Positions 51,109 through 62,001 of a stretch of DNA of 64,000 nucleotides are shown here, piece after piece. Position 1 is the stretch's first letter. Each line of letters begins with the position of its first letter. Source of the DNA: a virus (lineage: Duplodnaviria > Caudoviricetes); IMG/VR virus record IMGVR_UViG_3300023048_000001, positions 96,001-160,000 of that record, one strand, 5' to 3'. The notes under the pieces were generated by a model. It saw only the letters and a list, made by a program, of their open reading frames with translations. It did no database searches and was not told where the DNA came from. Both the position numbers and the translations under genes were made by a program.

Positions 51109-53847
51109 ATTAACTTGTGAAACTATTTATGTATATTAAACTAGTTGTGAAATTAAAGCAAGGGATTCTTTCGATCAATTACTTGAAGTTCAATTTCATC
51201 AAACTTTGAGCCCCATCCACTAAAGATGGCATCTGGTTCTTCACCAGTTAGCTCAATATAAGCCTTACGAATGGCTTGACGCATTGATAAATCTGCACCG
51301 GGAGGAACTTCAACACCATCTACGGAGCCGATCTTGCATTCCCATACGAAACGTGTACTATCTAATACTGTATCAGTCATACATTATCCAGTTTAATATT
51401 CTTTGAAGCTTCAAATAATTCATCTTCGGTATTATAAAAATTACCTGTTTTAATTAGAAGTGCTTGTAGCTCACGTTCATTGTACGTTTCGGCAACGAAT
51501 CCACCATAATAGAAGATGGTTCCGATGAGGTGTGCAATTTTCTTATGATCAGGCTGGGTGATCATGGAAGCTAGTGAGCGAATGTATGTTGAGGTATGAG
51601 GGCCAAGTGTTGTCCCAAGATCGATACCATCTTTCTTGAGTGCATCGGCCAATTCTGTTGCGATAATTGTAGCTGATAATCCTTCGGCGCTCATGCTTAA
51701 TCTTCCTTTAAAAATTCTGGTGCAGTTTTCATAGATCATTTAACCTTTTGACTTCAGTAATTGCGTTGTTCCAGCCTTCACGATAACCTCTACGTTCTGC
51801 CATCCATTCAAGACTGATTGGTGCACAAACTTCAAGACCGATAGGCTTTGGTAGTTCGATGATTTCGTAATTAGCAGCCATGTAATCGAGTGTATCTCTT
51901 ACCAAGGTGATAAGAGCATCACGATCAGCTTTCGATCCTTGAATTTTTGCTAGAGTGAGGCTTTCACTCATACTCATTAGTTGAAGTTTACTCATAATTA
52001 TCCATTAATAGCAAGATTGTTTCCTACCTATGAAGCATACCAAGTGTATACCCTTCATACGTTCATTATAACATTGAAGTTATGAGTAGCGGAAACACTC
52101 TCTACAGTAGACCTTCTCAGGTCGTCGCTGAGGCTCGTTACCGTTCCGACTCCCTCAACCTATCTAACGCATTCTACTTTATGCGCTTCGGTTTACTTTA
52201 ATATGTGATACCAAGCTTTTCTATTTGATCTTTACCATGAACTGTAAATTCTTTTCCATTATGCATGGTAATAATATACTCATGATAAACAGCAGTTGAT
52301 CTTAATTCAATACTAGAAATGCTATTAGGATTAATCCAAATCTGCATATCTTTACCGCCATAATTTGCTAGAAATCTTGATGTCAATCTAATAAGCTCAG
52401 TCATGTTACGAAATCGTCTTAATGAAATTGGTGCAGTCTTCGACCGTATCAAAGCCGAGAGTTACATATGCTTGATTCTTGTGTGTACGATCGATGGAGA
52501 ATGGAATATGCTTGGCCTGATGTTCTCGCCAGAATCGCTTGAGGACTGCGGTTTCAGTTGGGCAACCATCATCTTCAACGCATACCTTATCAGATGCTTC
52601 GAATTCTTCAATTTGATTATGTAGAGCCTGACAAGCTTCGAATCCTGTTGCGAATGTATTGCCATGGTTATTGTCAATGGCATTGGCAATCAGAATCATT
52701 TTATGTGCATGATCCTCATAGCCATTACCTGAAAAGTATTGGGCATGGTCACGCAGATATTTTTCAGCTTCATCAAGTTTCATATTAGCTCCACAATGGT
52801 TTCAAGGATTTTAACTATTATTTGAAACGCTCAGGCATCACTAGCACAGTCATAACGAATACCTAGTGATGCAAGCGTGCACTCATCAGGAACAGTGAGT
52901 TCATCGTAATGAAAACCATCACCATCACAACCGAGCGAATCATAATCAAACTCACCGTTATGATATGCCGCTTCCTTCTTCTTAATCCACTCTGCATTGA
53001 AAGTGTATTGTGCGCTGGATGAGCCATCACCATTGTTGCTGATTAGAACGAAAAGCTTCTTTGCCATTGTATTATCCAGTTGTTGATTAAATGTAAATCA
53101 TGTTGGTAATGACTTCCAACTCTACGGGGATTGATCCCGTTACCCGTCCATTTTCATGAAGCGCGGAGATAGAGGCACGACAGTCCGTGCATTAATGATT
53201 TACTTTATAAACTTCACGATCATTTAAAGCTTCTTCACGATCAGCTTTGGTATGTTGCTTTCCCCAAGCATTTAAGCCACCGAAGTGAGCATTATAATCT
53301 TGAGAACTCTTCTTTAATTTACGTAAGGAAGTCATTCTAACTAAACGCTTGGTATCTCTATCGACATAGCCTTTATAATCATTAGCTATATCAAGATCAT
53401 TTTCATGATAAATTCTTACATTCTTTCCAGAATCTACAACCTGAACATGATGGTCATCAATGATTCGCCAAACTCGTCCAAACATACCTCCATCACGAAC
53501 ACCATCTTTGTTCAATGGGAAGGTGATATCATTACGTTTAAATTTCATTTGAATGCCTTAGGATATTTTAGCTTGGTGTTCTCGCCAGAATCGTTTAAGG
53601 ACTGCGGTTTCAGTTGGACAACCATCGTCTTCAACACATACCTTGTCAGCAACTTCAGGTGTTAACTCATTTAATGCCTGATATGTACGGGCTACTAGCC
53701 AACCTTGAAATCCAGCTTCGATTGCAAGATTAATATATGCACCATCAGCATTAACATTAAAATAATGTGCTTTATGTGCTGTATCAGCTTGATCTTGCAT
53801 TGCTGCTTCAAACAGCTTACGTTCGTTGGACATATAAATCCTGATAT

Positions 53848-53943
53848 TGATGCTAGGAAGAAGGGATTCGAACCCTTGGTTTGATGTTATCGCACATCCG
53901 CTCTTTAAGGCGGAACACTTTAATCCTCTCGGTCACTTCCCGC
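53848..53943 (-). tRNA. atypical Leu-like class II tRNA (8-nt anticodon loop, bulged acceptor)
   Basis: TCCGC-CTTAAAGA-GCGGA, long V-arm, AAGGG-TTCGAAT-CCCTT; ends A-TCA. Confidence 0.55.
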
Positions 53944-53951
53944 ATATTAAC

Positions 53952-54026
53952 TGGTGCCCTGACGTGGTTATCCTCCACGGTTGCTTCCCTAAGCGGGAAG
54001 TGTTCTTATATCTAAACTATCAGGAC
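53952..54026 (-). ncRNA. tRNA-like RNA with non-canonical T-loop AGGATAA (CTT in anticodon position)
   Basis: Four paired stems, A-CCA end. Confidence 0.75.
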
Positions 54027-54032
54027 TGAATT

Positions 54033-54107
54033 TGGTGGCTTGCCATGGTTATTCTCCACGGTCGTTCCTCTGAGTGAGGGTGCTTTAATTCATTAAGCTA
54101 GCAAGCC
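54033..54107 (-). ncRNA. tRNA-like RNA with non-canonical T-loop AGAATAA
   Basis: GGCTTGC/GCAAGCC acceptor, A-CCA end, short anticodon hairpin. Confidence 0.75.
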
Positions 54108-56489
54108 ATAATATAGTACAATTTTTAAATCGTTAAATCAAGCGTCTGATTCGTTGTCGGTTGTTTCGGTTGTGTTATCGGTCTCATAGAAACCAAGATC
54201 ATCTAAGTAAACCAATGTTTCAGTCACTCCACGCTCTGTGGCTGGTGTAACGTCTGTTGTGTTTTCTTCTTCGGATTCAGGAATTGAGAAGATAATTTTA
54301 ATACATTCTTGTAGTAGATCGACATCAGTTGCACCGCATACTACTGCACCAGCTAATTGGGTAGCAATCTCATCGCGAACTTTCTTCTTAAACTTCAAAC
54401 CGTTTACTTTTTCAATATTGTTAATAGATGCTTCAATTACAGTAGGAATAGCGTTCATTTGTAACCTTGATTATGAATTAATGATACCAATCAACACCAT
54501 TATTGTCAACAATATCTTCAGCTTTCTGCTTACTAATACGTTTGACACTTACATCTACAATGCTTTTAATCTCTTCGGCACGATGCTTTGCATACTGCAA
54601 TGCTTCTTTAGCATTCTTGGATGACAGCACGATATCGGTCTGCAAGAAGCCATCATCAAACTTAAAAGTGACCTGAAAAGCCAGCATTAGTTTATCTCCG
54701 AAATGGTTTATGTGTCATCGCCATCACGCTTAAGGCGAACACCCTGACCAAGAAGAATATACTCCATGATAGCGAGCCTTACAACACTTTTCATGGAATG
54801 ATAGAAAAGACTTCCACATCCCTTGGTCATATAATTCAGTGCTTCATCACTTGCATACTGTTCCTGTTCAGGCGTAGCAATAGGAAGACTTTTGTAAGCG
54901 GTGTAATTAGGGTTCATTACTATTCCTTAGGTAGGTTTTTGCTGCTATCTAATAGGTCTTGGACACTAAGTAACACTGTTGCATCATTTACAAGGCTACT
55001 GTCCATGTTGGCACATAGTATCATTTCAGCTAGTTCTAATGCAATAGAATGACGAAGATTTTCATCCAGCTTCATCTTAACTCTGGACTCAATTTGATCA
55101 AGCGAGAAGATGAAGACTTCTGGATATGCTCTATCCATTACCAGTATCTCGTAATTGTATCAATAGCATCAAATATACTGATTTCATGGATTAAACCAAC
55201 CTGTTGGAATGATGAATAGCTTCATAAGCTCATCATGTTTTCTGGCCTTTTCAGCCTTCTCTTCATCAAGACGAGCTTTCAGATCAGTATATGTGATACT
55301 GAAAGGTAAATCAAGTTCACTTTTGAAATCCATTAAGAAATTATAGGGGCCATGATATCGATAATTACCAAAATACCTACCACCATACAGGATTGATTCA
55401 TTATCTATAAGATGCATGATTAGACCTTGATAGAGAATTTCTTTATTTTACCGCACTTGGAACATTCCTTGATCCACCAATGTGAATCATAGAAATCCCA
55501 TCCCATCTTACGGTCTTTCCCCTGCTTGAGTGTTTCACTATAACTGTGATCGCAGAGGCCTAGAATGTACTTCAAAAATAGCAACATAAATTACCTAAAT
55601 TGATTTATATGTCAAAATTTTATGTTATTAACGTGTTTCTTGACTTATAAGTCATCTGCCATAGCCATGGCTTGTTCAATACTCAATAACACATCACTAT
55701 TGATTAATTCTTTTATATATGCGATTGCATCCTCATGCCCAAACACTTCACCGTATGGTGTATGAGTAGAAACAATCTTGCATGGGTCTTGATCCATCTT
55801 ATCGTTGTTAACTAAATTTGTCCAGTCCATTATCTTTCCTGAATTAAAGAAAGGAGCCTAAAGGCTCCTTTCCATTACTTCTTTTTGCCCTTGGATTCGG
55901 ACTTGTCCTTCTTCGGCTTTTCAGCCTTGGACTTGTTGAACTCAGGACCATTCAGCATGTCGCGCCAAACCTTCTTTTCGGCTGGCGAAGTTGCAGTGCG
56001 CAGATAGTGACGAACCTGCTTGATGGAAAGCTGTGCATCAAGTGGACCACGATAGTTCATATCAGAAAAAGCCATTTTGTATCCTTAGTTGTTTAGTGTT
56101 GTTGAAGATGATTAGTATATCGAATTTAAAGTAGATGTCAAACGTACTTATAAAACCCATCACTGGTACAGAAGTTAACGCCAGCACGGATCAATTCAAG
56201 AACATCATTAGTTGAAAGGGTTGCAAACTTGAATTTGTCAACTTCGAAATAGATTTGATCATGTTCGGCAGCAGCAATGACATCTGCATTAGGACTCACT
56301 TTAACCTTGTCCAGAATAATTAATGCATTAATAAATGCATGCGGATAATAGGTAAAGATATAATCTTCATCTTTACCATGAAGACTTTCGTTATTTTCAA
56401 AGAATTCTCCAATATAGACATCAATGGATTCTTCCTTGTCCCACTTATCACCTTCAAGCGTTTCAATATCAAGTAACATGTTAGTTCCG

Positions 56490-57626
56490 TTATTCGGTTT
56501 CTGTTAGTTCGGGATCGTCGCCAATTCCGAACTCCTTATAATGCTTGATCATCCATGTCTTGTAGTCGTTCTCCTTCCCAAGGTAAAGGTTCATCGCAAG
56601 GCTGAAATACAGACGGTCTAGCTCTTTCTGTCCAGCAATCGCATAATCCTTTCTCTCTAGATCACTATTTGAATTATAGAACCCAACAACATACTTGTCA
56701 ATATTGCGATAAATTGCCTTGACCTTGAGTTCCATTTCGTCAATGAGTTTGAGCATATATTCATCATACGAGAAGTTAGCACGGGCATCATCGTGGCCTT
56801 CGTTCACTACCACAATGAAGCGCTTCTTAGGTGAGTTAATATCATCCTTAAGATTGTGTAGTGAACAATACCAGTCAGTCTTGTGCTTCGTTAGAACACC
56901 CTCAACACCAATGATGTAGCCCTCTACTCCCGTCTTTGCTGGAATTGAATCAACAAATGCTGGAACATCATCAACCTTATAGCTCTTTACCAAATAATCA
57001 AGAACAAGTGGATCAAATGAGACCATTGTCATTACGACTTCATTATATGCCAGTACTTTACCATCATCACGATCACGAACATGGAGAACAGTCAGCTTAT
57101 CTTCCTGATAAGGAAGAACAATACGGTGTACCGGCGAAGTCCATTCCAAAGAAACAGAGAATTTAGCCTGTTCCATGTATTCTAAATATTTTAGCAATCT
57201 ATCATTTTCGCCATTGAACAAAAATTCCATGGCAGCATTTGCCTGCTCTGAAGCTAGCGATGTTTTGCTCTTCAGATATGTGTTTCCATGGATCATGTAA
57301 GTGGTCATAATGCTACCATCCATCTTATCCATGACAATATCTGCCTTGGAGAAGTCGATGTCCATAACCAAAGGATTTTCCTTAAAATTAAAGAATTTTC
57401 GGGGTGGCAGGGAAGCCAGACGCTTCATACGTCCATCTTCCATTTCAAACATGATACCACGAGCCTCAAGAGCCGAAGGCTTCAGGAAGTCGCTATAGGA
57501 AGCTAGACGATAGTTGAACACACGGAAGGTAACACCTTCCATCTGATGTTCTACGATATAAAATGGTGAGTCAGGAGCATGAATAAGCTCCATCAACTCA
57601 TCATATAGAGTTGATTCATAATGCAT
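56490..57626 (-). CDS. rnlA: RNA ligase 1 (T4 Rnl1/gp63 family)
   Basis: FNYRLASYSDF, EARGIMFE, KFFN, motif I KMDGS, EGY and KTDWYCSLH; 378 aa. Confidence 0.9.
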   Translation of the reverse strand: MHYESTLYDELMELIHAPDSPFYIVEHQMEGVTFRVFNYRLASYSDFLKPSALEARGIMFEMEDGRMKRLASLPPRKFFNFKENPLVMDIDFSKADIVMDKMDGSIMTTYMIHGNTYLKSKTSLASEQANAAMEFLFNGENDRLLKYLEYMEQAKFSVSLEWTSPVHRIVLPYQEDKLTVLHVRDRDDGKVLAYNEVVMTMVSFDPLVLDYLVKSYKVDDVPAFVDSIPAKTGVEGYIIGVEGVLTKHKTDWYCSLHNLKDDINSPKKRFIVVVNEGHDDARANFSYDEYMLKLIDEMELKVKAIYRNIDKYVVGFYNSNSDLERKDYAIAGQKELDRLYFSLAMNLYLGKENDYKTWMIKHYKEFGIGDDPELTETE

Positions 57627-59371
57627 GATTTGATTCCTTTCAGGAATTTTAATTAAAGGGTTGGGGTAGTGATCGGCGGTGGCGGTACGAGATTAATCCA
57701 TGACTTACCGAAATCTTCAAGTGGATTAACGCCAAAGCTCAGATGGCGATTGGAAGTTCCAACATTTGAGAATGTTGCCTTATGGCTTTCAGCGCTTACA
57801 CAGAAAGCATTCAAGCGCATAAGATGCGCGAGCTTCTTGGTAAGTTTCTCAAATTTGGGCTTGGGAACAAACTTGGTGTTGCTCAGGTAAGTAGTAATTT
57901 CCTGATGCTTCTTGACCACATAGCGGTTCAGATCGATAACGTTAGACATATGAGATATAGCCTTGATAGAAAGTAATAAAAGGGACCACCAAACCCAAAT
58001 ACAGTTAATGACATCATCACTGCAAATAGGAACCAAAGAACAGAATCAATTTTCTTCATGGGGGTATCCCGGCTATGCTAATATTTAGCAAGAATACTCA
58101 GTAAAGATCGTCATCCTTAGGATATTTTTCCTCATGTTCGACGCCAACATTTACAATAAATGTCGGAATAGCTACAAATAGGATGAAAGCTCCTAGGTAC
58201 CACAGAAAGAATGTAAGCATAATGTATTATCATCCGTAATGCAATCGTTGTCTTTGTAGATGCAGCACAAACCTATTACAATAAATTCCATAGAATTACA
58301 TTATAATAATCAGACCAATCCTTAGCTTGATCTGGAATTTGAGGGAATTTATTTGAACGTTTTATTTCATCGCCCTTTTCCAAAGCTTTATAAGCCTTCT
58401 TAATTAACTTATACATCTTCTTGCATTTTTCTTGATCATAATAATCATTGAGGTTCATCAGGCCGCTACTGGCGATGGATTTAGCACTAGTTAATCCGGT
58501 ACTGTATGATGCGGTAACAACAATAAATTCATCGAATTCTTTCATAACTTTAACTGAAAGATTTTCATTAATATCTACTATATAATAATTTAAATGACTA
58601 GAATAGGAAATCCAACGCCATGAACCACTCATGACTTTGTAGTAGAGCATATCTATTCCAGAATTTTCAGTGATCATATCCAAATTTTTCCATCTTTGAG
58701 TTTTACATTTTTAGATTCATGAACAGGACTTCCCGTGTTCACATCGATGAATGTGTCACCGTGATAAGGATTATAGCGAACTTGAGTGTTAAATACATCC
58801 TTGTAGATGTTTCTAAATGCATCAGTATCGATGGGTTTGATATATCTGTCACATACCACATAGGCATGAACATTTTTATGTTTGGTTCTCAACACCTTCT
58901 GGCGGCCAACTTCATACACTTTAAATGAAACATTATGAGCATATAGTTCGTCCAGATGTGCAATCACCTTCCCGCGATATTTCACAGAGAAGGTGTTTTT
59001 ATGCAGGTTTCTATAAATGTAGAATTTAGCGGACATCAATTCAATTTCTTTACCTGACCGCAATGGGTGCAGTAAATACGTGCCAGACGGATGTTATATG
59101 GATAAATGTATTCAAGTGTTGATTTTCACTCGTTTAGTGAAATCCTGATCAACATGCTTTACAAATTCATGTTTGCAGAACCAGCTTCTAATAAGATTGA
59201 TCATAAAATTCTCAAATTGGTGGAGCATTAACGATTCGAACGTCATCAGCCCTACCACCTCTGATACGTCATGGACAGTAGTACTCCTGACACCATCATC
59301 TTTATCAGTCAGTTTCAAGGGCGGCGGTTTAATGTCGCTGGGTTTTCCAATTCCCTATTACTCCAAAACTT

Positions 59372-59496
59372 TGCTTTCGGAAGGATTCGAACCTTCTTGT
59401 CCATTCCTCAGGATAAGCTCAGCCTTAACAATTATGTTCCACGGAATCGAACCGTGAGCCTTATCTTTTCGGGTCGGTCCCCTAGAGTTTCGAAAG
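59372..59496 (-). ncRNA. tRNA-like RNA with two T-arms
   Basis: GCTTTCG/CGAAAGC stem; CACGG-TTCGATT-CCGTG and GAAGG-TTCGAAT-CCTTC. Confidence 0.7.
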
Positions 59497-59503
59497 CATA
59501 AAT

Positions 59504-59622
59504 TGGCAGATGTGGATGGATTCGAACCACCGACAGCTATGTCATATTGTCCATTCCTATACGGGAGGACTCAACATTATGCACCTCTCCACGAGGCCAC
59601 TCTTCCACTGAGTTACACATCT
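59504..59622 (-). ncRNA. tRNA-like RNA (119 nt) with 5-nt anticodon loop and ~50-nt variable arm
   Basis: AGATGTG/CACATCT acceptor, ACTC-AGTGGAA-GAGT D-arm, T-arm, G-CCA. Confidence 0.75.
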
Positions 59623-60791
59623 AAAACTTATTGTGGCATATCCTTTACCACGTTATCCCAAGAATCTCCGTCCGGGTAAACGATATTATCATCTATATCG
59701 TCATCATTAATCAAGCCCAACTTTTGTTTTAATTCAGTAGGATCGATTTCAGGATTATGGTCAATGATAAATTCTTTAATCATTTCTTCATGGTTGTCTC
59801 CACCTAACTGTAACAGAAAGGCGAGGAAACTTACATCTACATAAACTATTTGCATCATTATTTCTCTGGATAAATTAATTCACCAATCCAATCATCACCG
59901 GGACTTGAAAATGATCCACCCATACCTTTAGGTCCATTCCACTTCCAGAAGCCGCTTTCCATCTTATACCAGTAACCATCCTTAGTTGGTGCTTTAGTCC
60001 CTACTGGTGCAGCTTGAAGAAGGCTCCATGTCACCATGTTATTCATCCAGCTTTGCACCCACATATACATTACGGTCTGCAATTTTAAATCCACGGACAT
60101 CGCTGTTTTCAAGGCCAATGTCAATGTTTATCATAAATCTAAGACCAGCGGGGAGAAATCTTTCGCCCATAGCGTAAGCTAGGTCGTTGTGATTAACAAC
60201 AAAATGCTTTCTTGGGTCCAACGCCGAAATAACGATATATGCCTTTCCACTATCAACATAATCTAGTCGTGCAACAGTCCTGTAGATATGCGATTGTGTA
60301 GCGTGATTCATAGCTGCAACGTAACCGGTTGCATAGGCTAGCTGGGACTCAAGATCATCTGGATAGAGGGCCTTACCATAGGTAATAGAACGCTTGATGA
60401 TATCTTCCGCTTCAAAAGTCTTATCCGACATTTATTTTATCCTTATTCAGAACCATGTACGTATGTGCAGAATTCCAATATCTTGAAATACTATTTGTTC
60501 GTTTAAGAATCAAATAGCCTTCCTTAACCATCTTACACAGATGCTTATACCTAGGCTCATTTGTATTTGTTTTAGGAAATCCTTCACTATTAACACGCAT
60601 GTTTCCATACGTGCCTTCAAGGATTTGTTTAATCAAATTATCACGATAGTCTGCGTATGAGACTCTAGGCTCTATAGGGTCATCAAATCTATACTGATAC
60701 ACAGCAATCTTGCCGCTTTCCCTTCGCTTAGGCATACGAAGATTGATCTTTTGAATTTGGGTCAGGTATCTACTTCTTGACATGTTATTCC

Positions 60792-61985
60792 TTAATAATT
60801 ACTCATTCTAGTAACAATATTATACTGGAATGCCCACTTGTCAACCATATTACTCTCATGGTTAGTAGCTGCACGATTAGCACGACCGCGAACCTGTGTG
60901 ATTCGACGCGATACGTTATTCATTTGAATTGTCAGGTGACGCTTCTCAACACCAGTTGCATTATATGACTTAACGGACCAGATGGAAGTGGTTCCGCTCT
61001 TGCACATATCACGATAAGAATAAACACAATGACGCATAGATGTACCTTCAGCCGCAAGTACTTTGGCAGTCTTGATCTGTGTGAATGTCCACCTACGAAC
61101 GTTCTTCTGATCATCCTTGAATTCGAATTCATAGTCAGGCAAATCAATACCTTCCCAAGAATGATCACCCATCACCTTGACACGAGCAAGCTCATAGTGC
61201 CAATCCTTCATTTTGTTATGAAGAGTCTTGATGGTGTAGTTCTTACCCAATGGTGTGAAGTTCAAGATACGGTTAAATTCAGCCCAAAGATAATCGAGAA
61301 GATCATTAGTCTTTTCGATGCTATCAGGTGCATGCATGGAGAAGAATTGAATAACTTCACGCCAGAACTTACCAGAAAGCTCTACGTTGAGCTTCTTCTG
61401 ATTGAGCTTAGACTTAGCCAGTCTTAGTGCAACACCGATGCTAGCGCCATAGGAGAGTGCCACAGAGTAGATAACAGCTTCTTCGGGTGTTATGTCATGT
61501 GGACAAGTACTGAAAACATGGATTTCCTTCTTTGTCAGGAAATCCTTGCAGTATTCCCTGTACAGCGAACCACCGCTGGCGAGACAAATCCACCAAGCCC
61601 TGAAGTTGTAGAGCGTCTGCTCTTTACGCAAAGCAACTTCATTGACAGCGTTACGGCGGCGACGATGGTTTTCATTGTAAGTATGTACTTTTGTAGCAGG
61701 AGGATGCTGGTACCATGCAAAATCAAGGAAGCTAGGAACACGGAACTTCCCGAAGGTGTACTTCAGGAATTCCATCTTCAGCTTTTGGACATCCGAAGAC
61801 TTCGACTTGGTAGTGAAGAGGTTCGGATTATTGACAATCTTGTCTTCGAAACCGGCAGGCACGATTTTCCCATAATCAGGAACATACTTGGTCTTGACTG
61901 ATCTGATAGCAGTATCAGTCAAGCGCTGGCGGAACTTGGCTTCGTCTTCTGCGGAATATTCAATTTTCTTTAGTTGCTTAGCCAT
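60792..61985 (-). CDS. PcfJ-like domain protein
   Basis: L..EGTSMRHCVYSY and QVRGRANR motifs. Confidence 0.75.
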   Translation of the reverse strand: MAKQLKKIEYSAEDEAKFRQRLTDTAIRSVKTKYVPDYGKIVPAGFEDKIVNNPNLFTTKSKSSDVQKLKMEFLKYTFGKFRVPSFLDFAWYQHPPATKVHTYNENHRRRRNAVNEVALRKEQTLYNFRAWWICLASGGSLYREYCKDFLTKKEIHVFSTCPHDITPEEAVIYSVALSYGASIGVALRLAKSKLNQKKLNVELSGKFWREVIQFFSMHAPDSIEKTNDLLDYLWAEFNRILNFTPLGKNYTIKTLHNKMKDWHYELARVKVMGDHSWEGIDLPDYEFEFKDDQKNVRRWTFTQIKTAKVLAAEGTSMRHCVYSYRDMCKSGTTSIWSVKSYNATGVEKRHLTIQMNNVSRRITQVRGRANRAATNHESNMVDKWAFQYNIVTRMSNY

Positions 61986-62001
61986 ATCATTCCTATAAAA
62001 T

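Larger units (their letters stand above)
50835..56479 (-). other. Hypothetical genes: 50835-51017, 51153-51380, 51377-51739, 51729-51995, 52406-52783, 52831-53067, 53192-53548, 53558-53833, 54138-54458, 54478-54687, 54708-54917, 54920-55138, 55184-55417, 55645-55830, 55875-56075, 56138-56479
   Basis: Contiguous minus-strand ORFs. Confidence 0.7.
57653..60783 (-). other. Hypothetical genes: 57653-57949, 58276-58683, 58674-59036, 59628-59858, 60039-60431, 60421-60783
   Basis: ORF track. Confidence 0.65.

Noticed and set aside
53120-53190. tRNA remnant on the minus strand
   Set aside because: Only a T-arm-like hairpin and a weak closing stem; cannot support a call.
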